Assembly: GCF_026210795.1 (NCBI RefSeq)
Contig: NC_089433.1
Coordinates: 1,860,001 to 1,924,000, forward strand
DNA length: 64,000 nt
Source: Rhizophagus irregularis
Taxonomy: Eukaryota
Direction of reading: 5' to 3'
Of this stretch, positions 26,004 through 39,489 are shown piece after piece. Under the pieces are notes generated by a model. The model made no database searches, had not been told where the DNA came from, and saw only the letters and a program-made list of their open reading frames with translations. The position numbers were made by a program, and so were the translations under genes. Every line of letters begins with the position of its first letter. Position 1 is the first letter of the stretch.

Positions 26004-28127
26004 ATGTCTGGTAACTATGCCAAGAGAGGCCGTGGAAGTCATAACCCTAACAGTAGGAAAGCTTCCCGTCAAGAACAAAAAAATAATAATAACTCCGATA
26101 ATTCAAGCTCCGATGGTGAAAACACTATCCAGCAGAAACGTAATCGTACGATTACTGAAAATTCTATGGAAGAAGACTACGTTGCCGATGCCCAGACGGC
26201 TGACGTTAGAGTAGATGGACCTTCCTCTTCTCCTCAACAAAATATCTCTGGCGAAAATACTTTGACCTCCTCCCTGAAAAAATCTGCTGCGCCAACTGCG
26301 CCCAGTCACGTCGCGTCTTCTGGAAATGTGGACGCGTCCATGCATGCACCTTCAAACAAAGACTTGCAACAACCCCCTAACGCGTCGCCTAATTCAGATA
26401 CCAATGGTGCTCCAGATGGCGATCATACTCCAAATCCAGTGGTGACTCTCGCCATAACCAGAGATAATTTTCAGGCTGCGGCTGCGCCGAATGCTGCCCC
26501 TGAATCTCTCAAGAAATTCCCTACCAATAAAGCCCTTATTGAGGCTGTGAATAACCTTTTTTTAGAAACATACGAGTCATTCACTGGAAAAGCTCGTATG
26601 ACTGGTTCTGGTGAGGCTAAACGCCTCGTTATCCACTTCCATACCGCTGAAGCACGCGACTTGTGCGTTAGTTCCACTCATCCCGAGTTCCCTGACTTGA
26701 TCTTTCATGCTCATGACCCTCGCCAACTCCGATCCAATGAAGATCTCCGGGCTATCTAAATTACAGATATCCCTTTTTTTATCAAAAAGGATAACCTCAT
26801 GGTCTATTTCAAAAAATTTGGTAATATTACCTCTTGCCGCCTTTTCTCCAGTTCTAATGCCAAAGTCCAACAAGCCCGTATTGTTTATGATCACGCCGAT
26901 TCAATTGCTCGTTTTACCGATCAATGGGCTGTATACTGTTTCTCCACCTGTCTTAGAATTACTCCATGTTTCTATACTGTGGATCAAAAGGCTGCGCACC
27001 GTCAATACGTTGCTACCCTCACTCAACTTCCCCCCAATGTTAAGGATATCAACTTGGCTCCTCTTACACGTAACCTTGGCGCAAAGGCTGTCAATGTCCC
27101 GCTTTCTTTAAATTCCTACAAACCCAAAAGATGGGCCTATGTCACCTTCAACTCCCAAGAGACCATGGATGCTGCTATGGAACAGACTGTCAGCTTCCAA
27201 GGCAAAGTGCTTTTCTGGTCCTCCCCCGATAATACTAATAAACTTTGTCACAGATGTGGCAAATTAGGTTGTGCTCCCAATTTTTGCCCACTCAAACAAA
27301 CCAGAGGTAGAAGTCGCACTCGCGACCCTGTTGCAAAACTCAAAGAACGATTTAACGTTAATCAACCTCGTCGTTCCAATTCTAATACTGTCAATGCAAG
27401 TTCTCGCTCTCGATCTCGTTCCAAATCTAGAGATCGATCTGCTTCTAATTCTGGACGTGCCTATAGCATTTCCCACGACCGCACTAATAATGATAATAAT
27501 CATAACAAACCCCCTCCCAATACCTCCCAACGTGCCCGCCATAATAGCAAAGAACGATCGGTCTCCTTTTCTTCCTCCTCTCGTTCTACAGCACGTCCCT
27601 TACCCCGACAGACTCCTAACTCTGCATTATCTCCTGATGATGCTAATAACATTTTAAACCTTTTGCGAGAATTACAATGTGAAGTTGCTAACTTTCACAA
27701 ACGCATCTCCGCTCTTGAACTTGCTGACCAACGGATGACTCGTATTGAATCACACCTTGGCCTTGATCCACTCCCTCTGCCCAATGAACCTGAACCGGAC
27801 CTCATGCAAGAAGATGCCCCTATAACTCACGTTCCGCTTAATATCCAATCTTCCGCTAAATCTCCACTGGCTCCTAAAAGCATTTTAGCGCGACCCTCGC
27901 CTACCTTCACTATTATCCCTGACACTTCTCTTCCTTCTTCTCACTTTTCTCCAAATGCTCCTCCCTTTACTCCTATCGCCTCCACGCAAGAAGAAATTAA
28001 TGATCTCAAAAATAGTAGAGTCGCCATTGAAAGCAAATTAGACCAACTTACTGGTCATATCAAACAATTCATTGGCTCCCTTGGTGGTGCTCCCCCGAAA
28101 CAAGCTGATTCAGCTTCTTCTGTTTAA
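26004..28127 (+). pseudogene. LINE copy 5 ORF1, one in-frame stop
   Basis: ORFs 26004-26759 and 26799-28127 are in the same frame. Confidence 0.9.
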
Positions 28128-28176
28128 TTTTCTTCTTTAACTTTTACTTCCCGACTGTTTTTATCATTGTGTTTTA

Positions 28177-31100
28177 ATGTCGGACAATAATTTTAAATAT
28201 GATACCTTTGTACGAAACCCTCCCAATCCTGATAATGTTACTGATATTTTTTCACATGAATCGTTGTTTTTTTCCCCCAGTAACACTTCCCCTATCCCCA
28301 ATTCATTCAATATTTCTTCTTTTAATGTTAATGGCCTTAAAATGTATGGTCAGACTAAATTAGAAGAAATTTCTACTTTCTTTTGTTAAAACATATTTCT
28401 TTTGGTGGTATTGTTGATACCCATCTTCACCCTAAACAAATGAAGTTTTTATCCAAACGTCTTTCTAATTATACTGTGTTCTCTTCCAATTTGGATACTT
28501 CTAAACAAATTCTTTCTTCTGGCGGTGTTTCTCTTTTTATAGAAAATTCTCTTGCCTCACATGTTCAAGATTTTAAATCCCATTCTTCACGATTACTCTC
28601 TGTTGATTTATATTTCAAAGGCAATGTTAAATTGCGTATATTTGTTATCTATATCCCTCCCCCTGCTGAAAGTGTTTTGCGCACTGATACTATTGATTTG
28701 CTTATTCAACAACTTATCCTTACTAAACAAGCTGGTTTTCACCATGCTGTTTGTGGCGATTTTAATATGCATTTAGATAAATATTACCCTATTTATTTTA
28801 ATCAACCCCAAATTGCTTCAAAACATATTCACCGATTATTTTTTCATCTCCTTTCTCATGGATATGAAGACTATACTCCTGTTAATCTTTCCTACTCTTT
28901 AGGCACCTTTCATCGCAATGACCAAATTACTCGTGTTGATTATGTATGGTCCTGTCCTCTTCTTAAAAGATTTGCCCTTACTGCTTGCATTTTTGATGCT
29001 CAAGACATCTGCACATCTGACCATAACCCTGTCATCACATACTATGATATGTCTTTACTTTTTGCCTCTACTAAATTGGCTCGCGCTCGTCAACTCAAGC
29101 GCCAAACCTGTCGCATTTTCAAATTTGATACTGTAATTGATATTCAATGGACAGAATTCGCTGACAAAGCTGATGCTTTATGTGATGTCTTACCTTCAAC
29201 TTTTTCCTTCTGGCATATCAATCAAATGTGCGAATATCTCCAATCGCGCATCCTTAAAGCCGCCAACGCTACTTTACCTTCTTCTACTGTTGGCAACAAT
29301 TATACTCCTAAGGTCCCTAAAGATCTGGAAATCTTAACTCAACACTATCGGTTCTTAAATCGCCTAATGCATTCGATACGTTTACTGCGCAAATATCCTT
29401 CTTCTTATTCTGCTGCTCATGAACATAAGTGGTCTACTCATTTAATTAGACTTCAAAACATTTTGCAATTATATAAGAAAGTTTTTACTTTCGTTCCTAC
29501 TTTGCCCTTTTCTCTTTCATCATGTCGACAAGATAATTTTAAGTCACTTCTCGATGATTTATCCAATATTTCAAAATCCTTACGGGGATTTCATTTGCTT
29601 CAAGAGAAAGATTTTCAAGATTCATCCATCCGTGCTCACTTGGACGATAGAAATAATAATTTTGAAACGGACCTTTCTTCTTTCATTGAGTCAGCGCTTT
29701 CTCGTACTCGCCGCCGTATCACCTTGGATTGTGTCTTTATTGATCATTCTACTCACCCTCAGTTGTTAACTGATCCTAAGGACATTGATGATGCTGTTGT
29801 TAACCATTTCCAAAACTTTGTACCTATAAAGTCCACTCCTCCTGTATCTGTAGATACATTGCCTGATAGATGGTCTTCTGCCTACCAACCCATGGATGAT
29901 GTGTCCTCCTCCATCTATGATTCTTTAATGAATCCTCCTACCCTTGACGAATAGTTAACCACTGTTTCTTCTACTCCTAACGGTAAAGCCTCTGGACCTT
30001 CCATGATTACCTATGAAATGCTCAAGCATCTTGGATCCCGTACCTCGGCTCTACTCCTCATTTTAATTCAAGCATGCCTTTCCAAAGCTGATATTCCTGA
30101 TTTATGGCGCCAAGCAATGGTTTTTCCCATTCCCAAACCTCATGAATGGAAATGTCAATTGAAAAATACTCGTCCTATTACTTTACTTGAAGTGATTAGA
30201 AAGTCTCTTGTCAAACTTTTTTATAATCGCCTTTCTACTATTATGGCTTCACATGATGTTCTTAAAGGTGGTAACTTCGCTGGTCTTCCTGGTGGTTCTT
30301 GTCGAGACCCTATTATTACTCTAGAATCTATTATCCATGATGCTGATATCAACAAAAATCCACTTTGGATTCTTTCCCAAGACATCTCTAAAGCTTTCGA
30401 CTCGGTCGATTTGACGATGTTACATTTTGCTCTAGAACGAATACGCCTTCCAGCTTCTGCTGTTAAGTTTATTCTTTCCCTCTTCACAAAACGCATTAAT
30501 AGCGTTTTTACTGCTTATGGATCCACGCCTGCTTATAGGGTTCGCATTGGTATTGACCAAGGCGAAGTTATTTCTCCTCTTTTATGGGTTATTTATATTG
30601 ATCCTTTACTGACTGTCTTGAAGAATGAAATGATGGATCCTTATGTTCTATCTACACCTTCCTTAATTGATTCTCCAAATCCTTCTTTCGATTTGAAGAT
30701 TAATAATTTAGTATTTATGGATGACTCTACTCTTATTTCCTCGTCGAAAGTTGGCATGGAATTTATGTTATCCATTACAGAAGAATTTTATCAGATTAAT
30801 AACACTTCTGCTAATTATAGCAAATATGTGTTAATTACTAATTCGTTGCCTTTGACTTCGAATTCCACTTTATCTCCTATCACTTTTAATTTGGGTTTAT
30901 CCTCTTTAAATAATATTCCCTCCATTACTATTACCCCAATTTCTATGACAACTTCTTTTCGTTTTTTAGGTGTTTGGTTTAATATTAAAAGCTCCCGGGA
31001 TTTTGTCAAAAAACAACTCAAACGCGAATGTTGCTCGTTCGCTGCGACCATCCGCCCTGCAAAGCTCTCTCCCAAACAAGTTGTATACTTACATAATGCT

Positions 31101-33802
31101 TTTTTATACCGAAACTTGAATACCGGATGCAAGTCACGCACTTGTCTGAATCTGACTGCCACCTAATTACGCGAAGTATACGATCTGTTGTAAAACACAA
31201 AGCAAATTTTTCTCGTTCTTTACCCAATCCCATTTTATTTTTATCTCAAGCTTTAGGCTTGACTAATTTGTTTGCTCATCAACGACAATGTCATATTGCT
31301 AATTTATTTTTAATGGCTAATTCTTCTTTTTCTTTTATTCAATCTCTTTTTATTTATAGATTGAGTTTGATACAATATAATTTTTTAATTCCTATTTCTC
31401 CTCTTTTAATTAAGGACTGGTCTATATGGTCTTCTCTTTTTTCTTTTAAGAAAGATTATATCGCATGCACTATTGCTCTCTTATCTTCTACTCCTTTTCG
31501 TTTGCTTCATACTCAACTTTCGAAGCTTCCGAACCTAACTTTGTTGAATGGACGCGTTCCTTTATTCGAATGCATGACACCTAAGGCCTTCAAAGCGTAT
31601 TTTCCTATTTTGCGAAAACGTCAATTGTTTTATCTATCTCAGCTTGTCACTCCCCAAGGAACTCATTTAATTTCCTGGAAAGCCTATTATGATAATTTGG
31701 TTGGACGACGTGGCCCTGGCCGTATCCCCTATTGGTATAAAGACATCCAGCAAGCTACCACTATTCCTGACACCAACAATCGTTTGCTGGCTCAGTTTAT
31801 TGCTACGCCTACGATTGACTCTTCATTTTATGAATTGGCTCCTTGCACATCCTCTCCTCCCACTACTAAAAATTGGATTGTCACGTTAGACGACTACGGC
31901 TCTCCCTCTTTTGGCAAACAGCTTTTGGTCCAAGCAAGTCGTGGTACTTGTTCTATTGTCCATTGGATTTCTCCTGATTGTGAATCTTCACCTGGTGATC
32001 TCATTAGACTTTCTCCTTGCCCTGGTTGCGCTGCTCATACTCCTTTGCCTCCTTCCAAAAAACGGAATGCTGATTTAACCCTTTGCACGCCTACGGTTTC
32101 TTTACAACATTCGCTTATTTTGCCCACCACCAATGAGCGAATTAGACGTAACACTTCTGAAGTGACTTCTTCTTTTACTTGGGCTGATATAGAAGATGGT
32201 GTCCGTCTTTATTATAGTCGATTGGATTTTGATTTTGACTCTCCTTCTGAAGATATTGTTGAAGCTTTTACTCCTCCTATCACTATTGAATCCTCAGCTG
32301 CTGCTGTTTTTGCAAATTCCCCGTTGGTTGTGTCCTCGGACTCACGTTATATCTTTTTCACTGATGGGTCCCTTATTAATCTAGGCACTCCTGATGTTTC
32401 TATGGGCTGGTCCTGGATGCAAATTGTTCCAGATGCTGGTTTTCCCAACTCCATTGCCACTTATGCTCATGGCCTTATTCGAGATAATCCTTCTTCTTCT
32501 CGAGCTGAAGCTGCCGCTATTTACGCAGTTTTAACCATTTCCCCTCGCGACTCAGAAGTTACTATTTATACTGACTCGCAAACTGCCATTGATGGTCTTC
32601 GAAGTTGCTCTTCCTCCGTCTACTTGAATAGTCGTTTGTACTATAAAACTTCCAATTTTGAGCTTTGGGCTATTATTGAACGGACCATCCTTTCCAAGAA
32701 TTTGACAGTTCTTCCTGTCAAAGTTAAAGCTCACTCTGGCAACTATTTAAATGATTTCGCTGATTCCTTGGCCAACACTGCTCATATTGCGTCATCCAGT
32801 ATTTTGATTTCTGGAATGGACCTAGCCTCTGCCCATGATTTTGTTTTAACTTATGACAATGATATAGTCTGTGAATCTAATCCACGACACCTCCTCAAAC
32901 AATATTATCAAACGCAATTAATGCGTGACTTGTTAAATTTAACGCGATTTTACTTTATTTCTTTATTATCATCTAATACAGATTATATTGTTGACTGGGA
33001 ACTTACTTGGTTCACTTTGAATTTCAAACCTTCTCATGACGCATCTTTTACTCTCGAGCACGCTTCAAGACATTCAACCTTTAAATTCAAACTCTTCTTG
33101 GATGATTTGCCTACATTGGAAAAGCTTAAACGGACCCGACCAGACTTATACATGGACGAATTAACTTGCCGTTCTTGTATCGACCGCATGGAAGATTTGA
33201 TGCACCTTTTTATGTGCAAAAATCAGCGCTTGCCTATGCAACAAATTTTACAATCTTACCAAAATCATTTGATTTCCAAAATTCTGGAAGCCGGTAAATT
33301 GGCTAACGTTGATCCTACTCCATTTATTGCTAAACTCACTTCTCTTTCATGCTGGTCCTTTTCTTCTACAAATTGGTCCTCCTTTGCCCTTGTCCGTGGT
33401 TGTTTACCCAAACTTTTTATCGACTTACTTGTTGACTTATCCATTCCAAGAATTTCTGCGATTAAGGTTATCGCTGCTATTCACAATAATTTTGTTCAAA
33501 AATTCAGAAGACGAATTTGGAATCCGCGTTCTTATGAAAAATGTAGATGGGAAAACGCGATGAATATCACCTATAAGTTGAAAACTACTCCGAAGCCATC
33601 TAATTTGCCTTTGTCAATATACGCACCTTACTCATCTTTACCACCTCCGACCCTACACGATTCACGTGACTCCGGAACCGATTGGTTGAAAAACTCGATG
33701 AAATATGGTTTGCCTTGGTTTAATCACTTTTCGGGTTTTATGAGTCGTCTAACGGTGCTACTTAATAACAGCCTTTGCAGGATGGAGTGTCGATTTTTAT
33801 AG
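28177..33802 (+). pseudogene. LINE copy 5 ORF2, two frameshifts and one stop
   Basis: Four consecutive ORF fragments reconstruct APE-RT-RNase H-zinc finger. Confidence 0.92.
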
Positions 33803-34079
33803 TGGGCGCGCTGTTCGTTATTTTGTTAGCATAGTTGCTTCTACTTTGGTTGGAATATATCAAGGGGGAAGATCTGGGGAAATTTAGTGTAATGCGATTT
33901 TTCTTTTTTTTAGATTAATTTTTTTACTTTATTTTTTCTTAGAAGACTATATAGCTTTGTTTTTTAATTAGTTTTATTTCTATATTTTTCTTTTTATTTT
34001 TTTTTGTAAATTGTAAAGTTCGAATAAATTTAATAAAGATAAAGGCTACTATGCCACGTTTGCCTGGTTTTTGACTAGT

Positions 34080-36739
34080 TTCCCATCCTGCGTAAACGAA
34101 AGCTGTTTTATTTATTTCAGCTTATTACTCCTCAAGGTACTCATTTAATTGCCTGGAAGGCTTACTATGACAATTTGGTTGAACGACGTGGCCCTGGCCA
34201 TATCCCTTATTGGTACAAAGATATCCAACAAGCTACCACTGTTCCTGACTCCAATAATCGTTTGCTAGAGAAATTTATTACTATGTCTACGATTGATTTT
34301 TCCTTTTATGAATTGGAACCTTGTCTTTCCTCTCCGCCCACTACTAAAAATTGGATTGTCACATTGGATGATCTTGGTTCTCCCATCTTTGGCAAACAAC
34401 TTTTGGTCCAAGCAAGTTGTGGTACTTGTTCTATTGTCCATTGGGTTTCTCCTGATTGTGAATCTTCGCCTGGTGATCTCATTAGACTTTCTCCTTGCCC
34501 TGGCTGCGCTGCTCATATTCCTTTACCTCCTTCCAAAAAACGGAATGCTAATTTAACCCTTTGTACACCTACGGTCTCATTACAACATTCACTTATTCCG
34601 CCCACTACCAATGAGCGGATTAGACGTAATACTTCTGAAGTGACTTCCCCTTTTACTTGGGCTGATATAGAAGATGGTGTCCGTCTTTATTACAGTAGAT
34701 TGGACTTTGATTTTGATTCCGCTTCTGTTGATACCTTTGTAGCTCCTGTTACTCCTGTCACTATTGAATCCTCGGCTGCTGCTGTTTTTGCAAACTCCTC
34801 ATTGGTTGTTTCTCCAGACTCGCATTATATTTTTTTCACTGATGGGTCTCTTATTAATTTAGGCACTCCTGAAGTTTCTATGGGCTGGTCCTGGATGCAA
34901 ATCGTTCCTGATGCAGGCTTTCCTAATTCAATCGCCACTTATACTCATAGTCTCATTCGAGATAATCCTTCTTCTTCTCGAGCTGAAGCTGCTGTTATTT
35001 ATGCAGTTTTAACTATTTCTCCCCGCGACTCAGAAGATATTATTTATACTGACTCGCAAACAGCCATTGATGGTCTTCGAAACTGCTCTTCCTCTGTTTA
35101 CTCAAATAGTCGTTTGTATTACAAAACTACAAATTTTGAACTTTGGGCTATCATTGAGCGAACCATCCTTTCCAAAAACTTGTCGGTCTCCCCTATTAAA
35201 GTTAAAGCTCACTCTGGCAACTATTTAAACGATTTTGCTGACTCCTTGGCCAATACTGCTCATACTGCGTCATCCAGTATTTTGATTTCTGGAATGGACC
35301 TTGCCTCTGCTTATGATTTTGTCTTAATTTATGACAATGATGTTGTTTGTGAATTTAATCCACGATATCTCTTCAAACAATATTATCAAATGCAGTTAAT
35401 GCGTGATTTATTAAATTTAACGCGGTTTCATTTTATTTCTTTACTATCATCTAATATAGATTATGTGGTTGACTGGGAACTTACTTGGTTCACTTTAAAT
35501 TTCATGCCTTCTCACGATGCATCCTTTACTTATGAACATGCTTCAAAGCACCAAACCTTTAAGTTCAAACTTTTTTTGGATGACTTACTTACATTGGAAA
35601 AGCTTAAACAGACTCGACCAGATTTATACATAGACGAATTAACTTGCCGTTCTTGTATTGACCACATGGAAGATTTGATGCATCTTTTTATGTGCAAAAA
35701 TCGTCATTTGCTTATGCAACGAATTTTACAATCTTATCAAACACATTTGATTTCCAAAATTTTAGAAGCCGGTATATTGGCTGACATTGATCCTACTCCA
35801 TTTATTGCTAAACTCACTTCTCTTTCATGCTGGTCCTTTTCTTTTACAAATTGGTCCTCTTATGCCCTGGTCCGTGGTTACTTACCCAAACTCTTTATTG
35901 ACTTATTTGTCGATTTATCCATTCTGAGAATTTCTGCGATAAAGGTTATCACTGCTATTCATAATAATTTTGTCCAAAAATTCAGAAGACGAATTTGGAA
36001 TCTGCGTTTTTATGAAAAATGTAGATGGAAAAACGCGATAAACATTACCTTTAAGTTGAAAACTATTCCGAAGCCTTCTAATTTGCCATTGTCCAAGTAC
36101 ATACCCTACTCATCTTTACCACCTCCGACCCTACATGATTCACGTGATTCCGATACAGATTGGTTGAAAAACTCGATGAAATATGGCACACGTCAAATGA
36201 TCAAAAATAGGCAAAAAAAATGGCGCAAATCGCATAAACTATTCGCAAATTTGTATAAACTATTTACAAATAGTATAGGTTAATTCGTAAATAGCCAAAA
36301 ACAGCCAAGAATAGCCAAGAATAGCCAAGAATAGCCACTGCTTTTCGCGCCATTTTTTTTGCCGATTTTTAGCATTTCGACCTGTGTGGTTTGCCTTGGT
36401 TTAATCACTTTTCGGGTTTTATGGGTCGTCTAACGGTGCTACTTGATAACAGCTTTTGCAGGATGGAGTGTCGATTTTTATAGTGGGCGCGCTATTCGTT
36501 ATTTTGTTAGCATAGTTGCTTCTACTTTGGTTGGAATATATCAAGGGGGAAGATCTAGGGAAATTTAGTGTAATGCGATTTTTCTTTTTTAGATTAATTT
36601 TTTACTTAATATTTTCTTAGAAGACTATATAGTTTTATTTTTAGTTAGTTTTATTTTTATATTTTTCCTTTTATGTTTGTAAATTGTAAAAGTTTGAATA
36701 ATTATTAATAAAGATAAAGGCTACTATGCCATGTTTGCC
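34080..36739 (+). mobile_element. LINE copy 6, 5'-truncated, more diverged subfamily, carries a MITE
   Basis: ORF 34175-36283 is homologous to the ORF2 C-terminus. Native stop at 36481-36483. Target motifs at 34065 and 36740. Confidence 0.93.
36187..36386. mobile_element. 200-bp MITE with CACA termini and 3-bp TSD (CMC-like)
   Basis: Interrupts aaatatggtttgcc of the LINE. TSD tgg/tgg. Imperfect TIR CACACGTCAAATG...CATTTCGACCTGTG. Internal aatagccaag repeats. Confidence 0.85.
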
Positions 36740-37019
36740 TGGTTTTTGATTAGTAGTAGTAACTCTCTCCTGAATTTTTCAAAAACGAAAATTTTCGATG
36801 AAAATAATTTTATATTATTTTTAAAAAATAATACAAGCTACTAATAAAATTTTATATTTTATATATTCCCAACTCAAAGCCCTCTACTATGTCTGGTAAC
36901 TATGCCAAGAGAGGCTGTGAAAGCCACAACCCTAACAGTAGGAAAGCTTCCCGTCAAGAACGAAAAAATAATAATAACTCCGATAACTCAAGCTCCGATG
37001 GTGAAAACACTATCCAGCA

Positions 37020-37263
37020 TAAGGTTGCTTGTCTAAACCTCTTCAAAATCCTACGATTAGTTTCGTCAAAATTTTACTATAGATTTATTATAGTTTCGGC
37101 AGAGTTTCGGCAGTTTCGGCATTTATAATAAGTTTCGGCAGTTTCGCCTTTTTCCAAAGTTTCGCCAGTTTTTTAATATAACTTTAATATAGTTTCGCCA
37201 GAATTTCGCTTTTCGGCGAAACGCCATCTTGCCTAAACCCCTAGGTTTCGGCAAGCAACCTTA
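37020..37263. mobile_element. hAT-type MITE (244 bp)
   Basis: TIR TAAGGTTGCTTG...CAAGCAACCTTA. Perfect 8-bp TSD atccagca. Internal gtttcg[g/c]c motifs. Confidence 0.92.
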
Positions 37264-39489
37264 ATCCAGCAGAAACGTAATCGTACGATTACCAAAAATT
37301 CTATGGAAGAAGACTACGTTGCTGATACCCAGACGGCTGACGTTGGAGTAGATGGACCTTCCTCTTCTCCTCAACAAAATATCTCTGGCGAAAATACTTT
37401 GACCTCCTCCCCGAAAAACTCTGCTGCGCCAACTGCGCCCAGTCACGTCGCGTCTACTGGAAATGTGGACGCGTCTATGCATGCGCCTTCTAACAAAGAC
37501 TTGCAACAACCCCCTAATGTGTCGCCTGATATAGATATTACTGGTGCTCCAGAAGGTGATCATACTCCCGATCCAGTGGTGACCCTTGCCATAACTAGAG
37601 ATGATTTTCAGGCTGCAGCTGCGCCAAATGCTGCTCCTGAATCTCTCAAGAAATTCCCTACCAATAAAGCCCTTATCGAGGCTGTTAATAATCTTTTTTT
37701 AGAAACATACGAGTCATTCACTGGAAAAGCTCGTATGTTTGGTTCTGGCGAGGCTAAACGCCTCGTTATCCACTTCCATACCGCTGAAGCACGTGATTTA
37801 TGCGTTGGTTCTTCTCATCCTGAGTTCTCTGACTTGATCTTTCATGTCTATGACCCTCGCCAACTTCGCTCTAATAAAGATCTCTGGGCTATCCAAGTTA
37901 CCGATATCTCTTTCTTCATTAAAAAGGATAATCTAATGGCTTACTTCAAAAAATTTGGCAATATCACCTCTTGCCGCCTTTTTTCTAGGCCCAATGCCAA
38001 AGTCCAACAAGCTCGTATCGTTTATGATCATGCCGATTCAATTGTTCGCTTTACTGATCAATGGGCTGTATACTGTTTTTCCACCTGTCTCAGGATCACT
38101 CCATGCTTCTATACTGTGGATCAAAAGGCTGCGCGCCGACAATACGTCGCCACCCTCACTCAACTTCCCCCCAATGTTAAGGATATCAACTTGGCTCCTC
38201 TTACTCATGACCTTGGTGCTAAAGCTGTCAAAGTACCGCTTTCCTTAAATTCGTACAAACCCAAAAGATGGGCCTACGTTACTTTCAATTCCCAAGAAAC
38301 CATGGATGCTGCTATGGAACAAACTGTCAGCTTCCAAGGCAAGGTGTTTTTTTGGTCCTCCCCAGATAATACTAATAAACTTTGTCACAGATGTGGCAAA
38401 TTAGGTTGTGCCCCGAATTTCTGTCCACGCAAACAAACTAGAGGACGTACTCGTACTTGCGACTCCGTGGCTAAACTCAAAGAGCGATTTAATGTCAATC
38501 AACCTCCTCGCCGCTCTATTCCCAATGCTGCTAATTCACGTTCTTGCTCCCGATCTCGCTCAAAATCAAGAGATCGATCGGCTTCTGCTTCCAGACATGA
38601 TATTAATAATTCTCAAGACCACAATAACAATATTAATAATAATAATATACCCAATCCCAATACCTCACGACATGCCCGGCATAATAGTAAAGAATGATCG
38701 GTCTCTTTTTCTTCCTCCTCTCATTCTATTACACGCACCTTGCTCCGACAAACTCCAAATTTTGCATTATCTTCTGATGATGCCAACAACATCTTAAACC
38801 TTTTGCGTGAATTGCAATGTGAAGTTGCAAATTTTCATAAACGCATCTCCGCTCTTGAACTTGCTGACTAACGGATGGCTCGAATCGAAACACACCTTGG
38901 CCTTGATCCGCTTCCTTCATCCAATGAACCTGATTTGGATCTCATGCAAGATGATGCCCCCATATCCCATGTTCCGCTTAACATTCAACCCTCTGCTAAA
39001 GCTTCCTTGCCCCCCAAAAGTATTTTAACGCGACCTCTGCCTCTAACCACTATTGTTTCTAACACGTCGCCTCCTTCTTCTCATCTTTCCCCAAATGCTC
39101 CTTCCTTTCACTAGTCGAAAAAGGACAATTCGGCCTAAATTTGACCAGGTCGAATATAGGTCGAATAATGGTCTAACCTGTGTCAAATTGAGGTCGAATT
39201 TTCGGGCGCATTTAGGGTGCCAATCGTCCCAAATTCGGACTAATTATTCGACCATTATTTAGGTTTAAATTGACCAATATTCGACCTTAAAACTTTAAGC
39301 CGAATTATGGTCTAATAACAACCCATTTATTTATGAATTTATTTTGATTTTTTTTATCAAATTTATTAAATAAATGTATTTATTAATGCTTAAATACTTT
39401 ATAATTATATTATTATTATTGCATCTATCTAATTTACAAAAAATATTGCTAATTCAAATACAATTCCACAATTACATGATTCATGTATT

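Larger units (their letters stand above)
25876..34064 (+). mobile_element. LINE copy 5, full length (~8.19 kb)
   Basis: Starts aactctctcctgaatttttc after a doubled target motif (25844-25875). Ends before TGGTTTTTGACTAGT at 34065. Confidence 0.95.

Noticed and set aside
36184..36283. Novel ORF2 C-terminus TRQMIKNRQKK... in copy 6 (and similar tails at 37020-37128 and 48776-48871)
   Set aside because: Read-through into inserted elements.
10922..36739. Array as assembly artefact or simple tandem duplication
   Set aside because: Copies differ in length, 5' breakpoint, subfamily-diagnostic residues and lesions.
10907..36760. Junction motifs as LTRs or element-encoded terminal repeats
   Set aside because: They are only ~15 bp, identical to the MITE TIR tip and follow the local allele. 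The elements have APE rather than integrase and show variable 5' truncation.
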